Assembly (NCBI GenBank): GCA_038883775.1
Contig: JAVZLM010000007.1
Span: 64,001-128,000, forward strand
Reading direction: 5' to 3'
Source: Candidatus Bathyarchaeia archaeon
Lineage (GTDB): Archaea > Thermoproteota > Bathyarchaeia > Bathyarchaeales > Bathycorpusculaceae
Length of the DNA stretch: 64,000 nt
The notes beneath the pieces are model-generated. The model saw nothing but the letters and a program-made list of their open reading frames with translations, did no database searches and was not told the DNA's origin. How positions within the stretch are numbered: the stretch's first letter is position 1; every line of letters begins with the position of its first letter. The translations under genes were made by a program, and so were the position numbers. This document shows, one piece after another, positions 49,585 to 58,797 of the stretch.

Positions 49585-50802
49585 TTATTTGTAGGGTATG
49601 TATTCTTTGCCCAAAAGTTCTCTGGCTATGACTATTCTTTGAATGTTTGTGGCACCTTCTGCTCCGACGCAGTAGGACATTATTCCGCGTAATCCCATTT
49701 CCAATGGGCATTCTTTGGTATAGCCGTAAGCGCCAAGCCAAATCATAGCGTGCTTGAAAACGTCAAATGCGAAATGTGGAGCCATCAGTTTGCATGCAGC
49801 TATCATTTTGCTAACTTCTAAGGGTGAGAATTTGCCTTCTTTGTACTTTTTGTCGTTCATCCACGCGGTTCGATAAACGAGTGAACGCAGAGCCTCAAGT
49901 TGCGCCCAGTCATCCGCCAATTCAAACTGTATTCCCTCAAACTTGCCGATGGGTCTGCCGAAAGCCCTCCGCTCCTTAATATAATCCATACCAATTTCAA
50001 GCGCTCTTTTTGCAGCTCCAACACAAACTGCAGCTATCAGTATTCGTGCATTGTCAAAGCCTTCCATAGTTAAATAGAAGCCCTTATCCACCTCGCCAAT
50101 GCGGTAAGAGTCGGGTATCCTAACATTTTTCATCATAAAACCGCCCGTGGAAATCGCCATACGCCCCATATCATCAAAGCGTTTGTTAATTTCAACTCCA
50201 AGCGCATTTATTGGCAAGTAAAAACCAGTCATTCCACGGTGGGGCGCTTCTGGTGGCGCAGGCGAAGTTCTAGCGATGACGAAGTAGCCTCCGCCGAGTT
50301 TTTTGGCTTCTTCGGTTCCGCTGATATACATTTTCTCTCCATTCAAAACCCAATCGTTTCCTTCTTTACGGGCTGTGGATTTGAAGGCGGCAACATCGGA
50401 GCCTCCGCCAGACTCTGTGGAGGCAATACCGATGAAGGCTTCACCTTTTATTGCTGGACGGATAACTGCTTCACGAACTTCTTCTGTACAGTATCTGTCA
50501 ACAACAAAACCCCAGGAGGATTCCACAAGCCAAAAAACTGGAATTGCAATGCTGATATCAGCATAACCCAACTCTTCTCCAGCAATGCATGCAGTAACCC
50601 AGTCAGCGCCAGTCCCACCATGCTCTTGCGGTGCAGTCATAACAAGCAAGCCCAAATCAGCCATCTGTTTTATTATTTCCTTTGGAATCTCGCCGTTTTT
50701 GTCAAATTCTCGGATTTTTTCTAGTGGTAAACTCTTTTGGCACCATTCTTTTAGGGCGTTGCGAAAGAGTTCTTGTTCTTCTGTGAAAGCGAAATCTACC
50801 AT
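49585..50802 (-). CDS. Acyl-CoA dehydrogenase
   Basis: STESGGGSD, LNGEKMYIS, RRAFGRPIG, LGAYGY, EGATNIQR. Confidence 0.93.
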   Translation of the reverse strand: MVDFAFTEEQELFRNALKEWCQKSLPLEKIREFDKNGEIPKEIIKQMADLGLLVMTAPQEHGGTGADWVTACIAGEELGYADISIAIPVFWLVESSWGFVVDRYCTEEVREAVIRPAIKGEAFIGIASTESGGGSDVAAFKSTARKEGNDWVLNGEKMYISGTEEAKKLGGGYFVIARTSPAPPEAPHRGMTGFYLPINALGVEINKRFDDMGRMAISTGGFMMKNVRIPDSYRIGEVDKGFYLTMEGFDNARILIAAVCVGAAKRALEIGMDYIKERRAFGRPIGKFEGIQFELADDWAQLEALRSLVYRTAWMNDKKYKEGKFSPLEVSKMIAACKLMAPHFAFDVFKHAMIWLGAYGYTKECPLEMGLRGIMSYCVGAEGATNIQRIVIARELLGKEYIPYK

Positions 50803-50886
50803 AAACTTTCACCTTGAAGCCTAACTACTAAAGTGGAATATAAAAGAGTTGTTCAGCTTTTCAGCAAAATTTTTGTTAAGAATTGG

Positions 50887-51147
50887 TTAACGCGTACCTA
50901 TATACCAAGTGCACCGTTTCTTTCTTTCTTTACACCCAAGTTTTAAAATGGCTTTTCCATAACAGTTTTCAGTGTACCAGCCAAAAAGTGGGCATGAAAC
51001 CCATATTGAACCATCCGCATATTCGATTACTTTGATGTTGTGCACCATGTGATTATTGCATTTAAATGGTCTAACCCCTACTATGTGGAATTTTTCGTTG
51101 GTTTTCTGAAGGTTTAGCGTTTCTAGTTGTCCCACTTCTACCACCAA
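50887..51147 (-). CDS. Small Cys/His-rich hypothetical protein
   Basis: 86-aa ORF with CNNH, SCP, NC, GC and RC residues; same strand as the hdr and acd genes. Confidence 0.5.
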   Translation of the reverse strand: MVVEVGQLETLNLQKTNEKFHIVGVRPFKCNNHMVHNIKVIEYADGSIWVSCPLFGWYTENCYGKAILKLGCKERKKRCTWYIGTR

Positions 51148-51245
51148 AAGTATTTAGATTGTTTTGAGTGATATATTCCATTTGCATATATAGTATTTAC
51201 CAAAAATACTTTAGCGCATAAATAATTTACAATTCGCTTAAAAAA

Positions 51246-52121
51246 CTACCTTAGAACCAGCGGCAAAAGTTTTTCAACAGGACTTTGGTTCAAATGCAAA
51301 CCAAGCTTCTCCACCCCAATGTTTAGGGCTAAGCCTAGCAACTGCGTATAATATATTACGGGCAAGCCAAGTTTTGTCCCAACAACAGTTTGGGCATCCT
51401 TCTGTTTAGCGTCAAACATCAAACCACAATCTGGACAAGAAACAACCAAACCATTCACAGCCAAATTCTGTAAAGCCTTAATTTTTGCGCCAGCCAAAGA
51501 AAGGGCAGAGTCTGGATGACTATGCATTAAGGCGGCACCACAACAGTCCAATTTTTCAGCATAATCCACGGTTTCTACTCCCAAAATGCGCACAAGCTCA
51601 TCCAACTTCCTAGGGTTTTCCGAATAATCAACTCTACCCAAGTCGGTGTAACGGATAATTTGGCAACCAACATGTGTGGCAAATTTTAAACCATTAAGGG
51701 GCTTCTGTACCGTCACTTTGATATTGTCTAAGCCAAGAAAATCATGTAGAAAGTCGATTAAATGCCAAATTTTGATATAAGGATTAAGTTGTAAACCTTC
51801 CTCATGCAATAAATCAATAATTTTATTGCCGATTTTTTCATTTTTGCTTATGGCAGCCTTTGCTTCAGAAATTGCGAAGTGGCAACGGTTACATGGAACA
51901 AGCAGATTTTCTAAGCCAGTTTTGTTTGTTAAGGCTAAAATTCTCGCTGCCAAATAATTTGCCGCTGAATCGTTCACGCTTTTAACAGGGTCTCCACAGC
52001 AGTTGGTTTCAGGCAAATCCACAAGTTCAACATTTAGCCTTGGGAAAACTTCTCTCATTGACATTTCATAAGCGTATTGGCTTGTTAATATTCGACAACC
52101 CCAGAAAACTGCAACTTTCAT
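51246..52121 (-). CDS. hdrB: Heterodisulfide reductase subunit B
   Basis: Two CCG domains: GC...CCG...CNRC and GC...CCG...CPDC. Confidence 0.92.
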   Translation of the reverse strand: MKVAVFWGCRILTSQYAYEMSMREVFPRLNVELVDLPETNCCGDPVKSVNDSAANYLAARILALTNKTGLENLLVPCNRCHFAISEAKAAISKNEKIGNKIIDLLHEEGLQLNPYIKIWHLIDFLHDFLGLDNIKVTVQKPLNGLKFATHVGCQIIRYTDLGRVDYSENPRKLDELVRILGVETVDYAEKLDCCGAALMHSHPDSALSLAGAKIKALQNLAVNGLVVSCPDCGLMFDAKQKDAQTVVGTKLGLPVIYYTQLLGLALNIGVEKLGLHLNQSPVEKLLPLVLR

Positions 52122-52122
52122 T

Positions 52123-52632
52123 CTATTTTTCCTCCAGCATTTTCATAAAAGCAGATTGAAAACTTTCTTTGGGTTGAGTAATCTTTGGCATTTTTAGGCT
52201 TTCACGGTCGAAGGTCTCCATCTTTTTCGTCACAACTTTTTGAACAGTTTCCGCTAAACCAGTTTCAAGAATTTGCGAAACAGCTTTCAAATATCCTTCT
52301 GGTACTTTGACTTCTCTTTCAACTGCAAGATTTCGCAAAGCAACAATCACATGATAGGGAGAAGCTTTTTGGGGGCATCGTTCAACACATTTTAGGCATG
52401 TAACACAAGTCCAAATTATATCCGAAGAAGCCAACTCATCAACAAAACCCAAGTTAACAAGTTTCATAATCTCATGAGGTTTTAACTCCAAAAGTTTTAG
52501 GGCTGTGCATCCGCTTGTGCACTTCATACACTGAAAACAATTAACAAGCTCTCCTTTGCCAAGTTTTGACGAGATTTTTTCACGAGCTTCTGCATTTGAT
52601 TTAGCCATAGACATTAAATCGGTTAAACCCAA
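52123..52632 (-). CDS. hdrC: Heterodisulfide reductase subunit C
   Basis: CFQCMKCTSGC; WTCVTCLKCVERCP. Confidence 0.92.
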   Translation of the reverse strand: MGLTDLMSMAKSNAEAREKISSKLGKGELVNCFQCMKCTSGCTALKLLELKPHEIMKLVNLGFVDELASSDIIWTCVTCLKCVERCPQKASPYHVIVALRNLAVEREVKVPEGYLKAVSQILETGLAETVQKVVTKKMETFDRESLKMPKITQPKESFQSAFMKMLEEK

Positions 52633-52634
52633 AT

Positions 52635-55600
52635 TTAGCCACCTCCAAAGGCTTCTGTTTCTAAACATGCAGCCTTAATTTGCGCAAGAAACTGCTCATC
52701 TGTGTAATGGCGCATTTTAATAGCCTTGGTTGGACAAGCAGAAACGCATAAACCACAGCCTTGACACATGGCTTCTACAACCTCAGCCCTGATCCTTCCG
52801 GCACCATCTGAGCTTTCGGTTTTTAATTCTATGGCGACAAATGGGCATATTGCCTCACAAAGGCGACAACCACTACACAAGTCTTCGTCTACAACTGCTT
52901 TCAATGGTTCAAGCTCGATTTCCCCACTTGCCAAAAGGTCTATGGCTTTTGCTGCTGCCCCACTTGCTTGAGCCACAGTATCCGGAATATCTTTTGGACC
53001 TTGGCATGTGCCAGCAATGAAAATTCCAGTTATTGCACTTTCCAGAGGGCGCAGTTTTGGATGAGCTTCTAATAGGAAGCCGTCGGCGCTTCTTGAAACA
53101 TGGAATATGCTACTTATTTTTCCCAAGTCGCTGTTTGGAACGAGACCACTGGCAAGCACAACAAGATCTGAACGCAGTTCGAAGAGTTTGTTTGTTCCCT
53201 TATCATAAACGTCAAAGTAAAGCGAACCATCAGATGCGCAGCGAATTTCGGAAGGTAAACCAGCAACGAAGTTTATGCCCATTTCTCTTGCTCGCCCATA
53301 AAACTCGTCATAACCCTTGCCAAAAGCTCGCATGTCATTAAAACAAACATAAATGTCCACTTCCTTGCCGAGTTTTTCTCGAGTGAGTATTGCTTGTTTT
53401 AATGTTGCCATACAGCCGATACGACAACAGTATTCGTGAAACCTAGAGTCCCTCGAACCCACGCATTGGATAAACGCGACGGTTTTTGGCGTTTTACCGT
53501 TTTGGGGGCAAAGGATTTTTCCGTTAGTTGGTCCAGAAGCATTGCATAGTCTTTCAAATTGGAGGTTTGTGATTATGTTTTTTGATTTCCCAAAGCTGTA
53601 TTCTTGGATTTTTGAGGCATCAAAAAGTTCGCTTCCAGTAGCAATTATTATCGCACCAACCTTAACGTTTATCCTTTGAGGCTTTTGTTTGTGGTTTAGC
53701 GCCTTTGCTTCGCATACTTTTTCGCATTCTAAACATTCAGAGCAACCACCACAAGCAAGACAACGCTTAGCTTCTTCAATAGCCATTTCTTCACTAAAGC
53801 CCAACTCAACCTCGTCAAAACTTCTAATTCTCTCTTCAATAGGCAGAAGAGGCATAACTTGCCTTTTCCTCTTTTCTATGCCTACTTTCGGCGATATTTT
53901 AACTGGAGGCAGCCCTTTCTCTTCAACAGCTTTCAAGTCTTCGCCGCGCAAGTATTTGTGGATAGAAATTGCTGCCCTTTTTCCTGCTGCTACTGCTTCA
54001 ATAACTGTGGCTGGACCTAAAACTGCGTCTCCGCCAGCAAATACGTAGGGGATATTTGTTTGAAGAGTTTGGGGATCAACCTCTATCGTGCCATGATTTA
54101 GCTTCAACCCATTTGGCAGAGAAGCCATATCCAAAGCTTGACCTATGGTTGTGATGACCGTATCCGCTGGGATTATGTGTTCTGAACCTTGAATGGGAAC
54201 TGGTTTTCTCCTTCCCGTCTCATCTGGTTCTGTGAGCATCATTTCAAAACACTCAACAGCGACAACTTTGCCATTTTCGCCGATAATTCTTTTAGGTGCT
54301 TTGAGAAAGAGAAATTCGACACCTTCCTTCTCTGCCTGCTCAACTTCTGGTTGAAATGCTGGCATCTCTTCGCGTGATCTTCTATATAGAACGTAAACTT
54401 TTTTGGCTCCTAACCGCAACGCAACTCTAGAAACGTCAATGGCGACGTTTCCCCCGCCTACCACTACGACACGCTCTCCAACCTCAACCTTTTTTCCCAA
54501 ATTCACATTTTTTAGGAATTCAACACCTTGAAAAACGCCTTGAAATTCTTCCCCTTCAATGCCTAATGTTAAGCTTTTTTGCATGCCAACAGCTAAGAAA
54601 ACTGCCTTATACCACATTTTCTTCAAATCTTCAAAACTTAAATCTTTACCAATAGTTACATTGGTACGGATTTGAACACCTAAACTTTCCAAATATTCAA
54701 TTTCTTTTGCCAAAATCTTTTTTGGAAGCCTATATTCAGGTATGCCTATTCTTAACATGCCGCCTGGTTCTGGCAAGGCCTCAAAAACTGTTACTGAATA
54801 ACCCATTTTTACTAGCTCATAGGCTGCAGTTAACCCCGCTGGACCAGAGCCTATCACTGCAATTTTTTCCTCATATTGCGGTTGGATTGGAGTTGGTTTT
54901 TCTTGAGGTTGTTTCATCATGTAATCTGCAACGAAACGTTTTAGGGCGCAGATTGCAATTGGTTCCTCAACATCGCTCCTCTCACAGTCATTCTCGCATG
55001 GGTGAAAACAAACTCTTCCCAACACAGCAGGGAATGGTATAGCTTTTCTAATCAACTCATAAGCTTCTTTAAATTTTCCCTTTGCTATGAGGGCAACGTA
55101 GCCTTGAGCGTTTACGTCAGCTGGACAAGCGGCTCTGCATCGGGCTGTGCCCTTTTTATCTATCGTGTAAACGTTTGGAACTGCTTGGGGATAAGGTCTG
55201 TAAATTGCTTTTCTTTCGGCAAGCTTCAATTCAAACTCGTTCGGTAATGCGATTGGACATACTTTTTCACATTCGCCACAACCTGTACATTTAGCTTCAT
55301 CCACATATCTCGGGTTTTTTACGATAGAGACCTCGTAGTTACCAACAAAACCTGATACGTTTTCCACTTCCGCACAAGTTATCAATTGTATATTTGGATG
55401 CCTTGCCACTTCGGTCATTTTTGGCGTTAATATGCATGCACTACAATCAAGGGTTGGAAATGTCTTGTCAAGTAAAGCCATTTTTCCACCTATGCTTGGA
55501 GACCTCTCCACCAAAAAGACCTTCAAGCCCGCATTGGCTAAATCTAGTGCCGCTTGAATTCCCGCTATTCCACCGCCCAAAACTAGAACACTTTTTTCAG

Positions 55601-56018
55601 CACGCACTTTACTTCTTTGCAGTGGCTCTAAGAGTCTTGCACGGGCTACGCCTATTCTTATAAGGTCTTTTGCTTTCTCTGTGGCTTTTTGTGGTTCTTC
55701 GCTGTGAACCCATGAGACATGCTCTCTTAGATTGACAATTTCAAGCAAGTATGGGTTTAAGCTTGCTTCAGCAACTGTTTTGCGGAAGGTTTCTTCATGC
55801 ATTCTTGGCGAGCATGTGGCGATAACTATTCTGTCAAGGTTATGCGCTTTTATGTCTTCTTTAATCATGCGCTGTCCAGTTTCGGAACACATGTAAACAT
55901 AGTGCTTAGCCACTACAACATCTGGCAATTTCTCAGCGTATTCAGCTACCTTATCTACATCAACAACTCCTGCAATGTTTAAGCCGCAGTGGCAAACGTA
56001 AACGCCTATCCTAGGCAT
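52635..56018 (-). CDS. hdrA: HdrA with an inserted GltD-like NAD(P)H/FAD module (HdrL-like), 1127 aa
   Basis: CHCGLNIAG, GGGIAG, DKTFPTLDCSAC; insert CRAACP...GRVCFHPCE...GSGPAG...GGGNVAID; then QCVGSR, GPKDIPD and C-terminal ferredoxin motifs. Confidence 0.92.
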   Translation of the reverse strand: MPRIGVYVCHCGLNIAGVVDVDKVAEYAEKLPDVVVAKHYVYMCSETGQRMIKEDIKAHNLDRIVIATCSPRMHEETFRKTVAEASLNPYLLEIVNLREHVSWVHSEEPQKATEKAKDLIRIGVARARLLEPLQRSKVRAEKSVLVLGGGIAGIQAALDLANAGLKVFLVERSPSIGGKMALLDKTFPTLDCSACILTPKMTEVARHPNIQLITCAEVENVSGFVGNYEVSIVKNPRYVDEAKCTGCGECEKVCPIALPNEFELKLAERKAIYRPYPQAVPNVYTIDKKGTARCRAACPADVNAQGYVALIAKGKFKEAYELIRKAIPFPAVLGRVCFHPCENDCERSDVEEPIAICALKRFVADYMMKQPQEKPTPIQPQYEEKIAVIGSGPAGLTAAYELVKMGYSVTVFEALPEPGGMLRIGIPEYRLPKKILAKEIEYLESLGVQIRTNVTIGKDLSFEDLKKMWYKAVFLAVGMQKSLTLGIEGEEFQGVFQGVEFLKNVNLGKKVEVGERVVVVGGGNVAIDVSRVALRLGAKKVYVLYRRSREEMPAFQPEVEQAEKEGVEFLFLKAPKRIIGENGKVVAVECFEMMLTEPDETGRRKPVPIQGSEHIIPADTVITTIGQALDMASLPNGLKLNHGTIEVDPQTLQTNIPYVFAGGDAVLGPATVIEAVAAGKRAAISIHKYLRGEDLKAVEEKGLPPVKISPKVGIEKRKRQVMPLLPIEERIRSFDEVELGFSEEMAIEEAKRCLACGGCSECLECEKVCEAKALNHKQKPQRINVKVGAIIIATGSELFDASKIQEYSFGKSKNIITNLQFERLCNASGPTNGKILCPQNGKTPKTVAFIQCVGSRDSRFHEYCCRIGCMATLKQAILTREKLGKEVDIYVCFNDMRAFGKGYDEFYGRAREMGINFVAGLPSEIRCASDGSLYFDVYDKGTNKLFELRSDLVVLASGLVPNSDLGKISSIFHVSRSADGFLLEAHPKLRPLESAITGIFIAGTCQGPKDIPDTVAQASGAAAKAIDLLASGEIELEPLKAVVDEDLCSGCRLCEAICPFVAIELKTESSDGAGRIRAEVVEAMCQGCGLCVSACPTKAIKMRHYTDEQFLAQIKAACLETEAFGGG

Positions 56019-56106
56019 CTACAAACCTCTCAAGAGTAATCTACTCCATTAGACCCCTTTATTATTCATAACGGTTAAAAACAGCAATCTACAACATAAA
56101 ACTATT

Positions 56107-56610
56107 TTAGTAAACTGAAACCTTAGCTACACCTTTTATTTTCAAAAATTCTGGGATTAATTCGCCTGGAATTTTTTTCTCAGCAATCAAAGTCAATTTT
56201 GGTTCAGGCGACAATTCTGGGTCATCTACTATTGCTTGTCTTATGCTTAAACCAGCTTTTGCAAGAAGTGAGGCGGAGCTTGCGAGTATGCCTGGAATTC
56301 GTGCATCCACAGGCGTTATTTCAACAACTCCCAAGTCTAAATGTTTGGCAATTTCTTTTAAAGAGTGCCCTGCTGACCTTAATCCTTCGAAGATTTGTTT
56401 TAGTTCATGGTTTGTGTGGATAGCATTTAGTGTCTCATTTACGGTTCTTCTGTCTACTCTGGCGACTCTTGCTATGCGCACTGGAGGAATTTCGATTTCA
56501 TTAAGGTAGATTTTTCCGTTTCTTACGCTTAGTCCATTTTCTACAAGAACTCTGGCTACTTTTAGTCTTTCTGGATAGCCTTCTAAACATTTTACGATTT
56601 TGCTCCACAT
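56107..56610 (-). CDS. trpY: TrpY-like tryptophan-responsive regulator (HTH plus ACT domain, COG2150)
   Basis: EGYPER, VDRRTV, PGILA, SIRQAIVDDPEL, KIKGVAKVSVY; divergent from trpB2. Confidence 0.8.
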   Translation of the reverse strand: MWSKIVKCLEGYPERLKVARVLVENGLSVRNGKIYLNEIEIPPVRIARVARVDRRTVNETLNAIHTNHELKQIFEGLRSAGHSLKEIAKHLDLGVVEITPVDARIPGILASSASLLAKAGLSIRQAIVDDPELSPEPKLTLIAEKKIPGELIPEFLKIKGVAKVSVY

Positions 56611-56626
56611 ATTGCGGATTCCTTCA

Positions 56627-56708
56627 TGTACTGTTTTGTGCAGTAAAGTATAAATATGTTCGTGTTGTCTTTAGTATAATACTATACGTAAATGAACAAA
56701 AAAATACA
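56627..56708. promoter_or_regulatory. Two arrays of four TRP-box-like hexamers (consensus TGTACA, 4-nt spacers)
   Basis: TGTACT-gttt-TGTGCA-gtaa-AGTATA-aata-TGTTCG (56627-56662) and AGTATA-atac-TATACG-taaa-TGAACA-aaaa-AATACA (56673-56708). Confidence 0.7.
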
Positions 56709-56723
56709 TGAGGGAACATCTAT

Positions 56724-58079
56724 ATGCAACAAAAAATCAACGAAAGCTTCACAATACTTACCCCAGAAGAAATACCGAAAGAATGGTATAATATACAAGC
56801 AGACCTTCCAGAGCCCTTACCGCCACCATTAGACCCCACAACCCTAAAACCAATAAGCCCCCAACTTCTGGAAAGAATATTCGCAAAGGAGCTCATAAAA
56901 CAAGAAGTTTCCACAGAACGTTACATAAAAATTCCAGAAGAAGTTTTGGATGCTTATCTAAGGCTTCCACGCCCAACACCGCTTTACAGAGCCAAAAGAT
57001 TAGAAAAGTATCTGAAAACGCCCGCCCAAATATACTTCAAATGTGAAAACTTCAGCCCCACAGGAAGCCACAAAACTAACACAGCCATTGCCCAAGCCTA
57101 CTACAACAAAGAACAAGGAATAAAAAGATTAGTGACGGAAACAGGAGCAGGACAGTGGGGAACAGCCCTAGCCTTTTCATGCACAATTTTCGGATTAAAA
57201 TGCCGAATCTACATGGTTAGGGCAAGCTATTATCAAAAACCTGGCAGAAGAATCATAGCGCAAATTTATGGCGCAGAAATGTTTCCATCACCAAGCGAAC
57301 AAACAAACTTTGGCAGAAAACTGCTCAAGGAAAACCCGGAAAACCCTGGAACTTTGGGGATAGCCATAACAGAAGCCATCGAAGACACGTTAACAAACGA
57401 AGACACTCGCTATTCTTTGGGTTCCGTTCTGAACCACGTGCTTATGCATCAGACAATAGTGGGCTTAGAAGCAAAAAAACAGTTTGAACTTATAGACGCT
57501 TATCCAGATGTGGTTTGTGGTTGCATAGGTGGAGGTTCCAACTATGCGGGTTTCGCATTTCCCTTCATGATGGACAAACTCAAAGGCAAGACAGACACGG
57601 AGTTTGTTGCTTGTGAATCAAAGGCTGTTCCCCACACGACCAGAGGCGTTTACACTTATGATTATGGAGATACTGGCAAAATGACGCCGCTTCTGAAAAT
57701 GTTAACAATTGGACACGGCTATGCTTGTCCACCCATCCATGCGGGCGGTTTGCGATACCACGGGATGGCGCCCTTGATATCTTACCTAATACATGAGGGT
57801 TATATGCGCTCTGTGGCCTATGCTCAAAACGAAGTTTTCGAAGCTGCCAAAATCTTAGCCCAAACAGAAGGATTAATAATAGCTCCTGAGACTGCTCACA
57901 GTCTAAAATTCGTAATTGATGAGGCATTAAGATGTAAGAAAACTGACGAGAAAAAAGTAATTGCAATGAATTATAGCGGACATGGCTTGCTTGATCTAAC
58001 AGCTTATGAACAGTTTCTCGGTGGCAAACTGATAGATTACGAGCCAGAAAAAATCGAAGTTCCAATTTTCAGCCATTAA
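56724..58079 (+). CDS. trpB2: TrpB2 tryptophan synthase beta-like, paralog 2
   Basis: WYNIQADLPEPLPPP, SPTGSHKTNTA, ETGAGQWG, HAGGLRYHG, SGHG. Confidence 0.92.
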   Translation: MQQKINESFTILTPEEIPKEWYNIQADLPEPLPPPLDPTTLKPISPQLLERIFAKELIKQEVSTERYIKIPEEVLDAYLRLPRPTPLYRAKRLEKYLKTPAQIYFKCENFSPTGSHKTNTAIAQAYYNKEQGIKRLVTETGAGQWGTALAFSCTIFGLKCRIYMVRASYYQKPGRRIIAQIYGAEMFPSPSEQTNFGRKLLKENPENPGTLGIAITEAIEDTLTNEDTRYSLGSVLNHVLMHQTIVGLEAKKQFELIDAYPDVVCGCIGGGSNYAGFAFPFMMDKLKGKTDTEFVACESKAVPHTTRGVYTYDYGDTGKMTPLLKMLTIGHGYACPPIHAGGLRYHGMAPLISYLIHEGYMRSVAYAQNEVFEAAKILAQTEGLIIAPETAHSLKFVIDEALRCKKTDEKKVIAMNYSGHGLLDLTAYEQFLGGKLIDYEPEKIEVPIFSH

Positions 58080-58089
58080 GGTAAAGAAA

Positions 58090-58713
58090 ATGACGGAAAA
58101 ACAGGATTTCAAAATCGTTTTTCTTCCAATAGACTCTTTAAAACCCCATGAAAAAGGCTCCCCGCTATATTTGGAACTTTTGAAACAAGAGATTCTCAGA
58201 GATGGTTTGTTAAAGTATCCAATAATTGCTGATGAAAAAACCCATGTCATATTGGATGGAATGCACCGATGGCTTGCCCTAAAAAGTCTTGGTTATTCGT
58301 TAATACCAGTCCTACTTGTCGATGCCTTTCAAAACCCAAAAATTCGCGTTGGAAGGAGGAGGATTCACCGTTACATATGCGCTTCTGATGAAGAAATAAG
58401 CGTTGAGAAAGTCATCACAGCGGGACTTAGTGGACGCCTTATGAACCCCCGCTCCACAAGACATTTTTTCAGCTTCTCAAAATTTCAAGAAATAAATTGC
58501 CCCCTTAGCAAATTGAGAAAACGTGCTCCACAAGATGTTTCCGAATATCTTGCGAAAATGACGAGAGAAGAGTGCAATTTAGCCATTAAGGAATGGTTAG
58601 AGGAAATATCTGAAGAATTAGAGTTTCTGACGAAAAGAAGGAAAGAAGTAGAAAAGGAAATGGAGGAATTCTTAAACAGAATAAAAGGTTTAAACAACCT
58701 TCTGATACATTAA
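58090..58713 (+). CDS. ParB/Srx-domain protein, SerK/SbnI-like putative free-serine kinase
   Basis: LKPHE, PII, ILDGMHRW, PRSTRH; no ParB HTH; C-terminal coiled coil. Confidence 0.7.
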   Translation: MTEKQDFKIVFLPIDSLKPHEKGSPLYLELLKQEILRDGLLKYPIIADEKTHVILDGMHRWLALKSLGYSLIPVLLVDAFQNPKIRVGRRRIHRYICASDEEISVEKVITAGLSGRLMNPRSTRHFFSFSKFQEINCPLSKLRKRAPQDVSEYLAKMTREECNLAIKEWLEEISEELEFLTKRRKEVEKEMEEFLNRIKGLNNLLIH

Positions 58714-58797
58714 CCCTTAGTTTTCATTCACAATTCAAATTGTTTAAGACAATAAGTTATTTAGCACTGAACAACATAATAGCTTAAAGGTCAAATT

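Noticed and set aside
58090-58713. ParB-like ORF as a chromosome or plasmid partition gene
   Set aside because: No HTH, no parA and no mobile-element context; the metabolic neighbourhood fits a kinase better.
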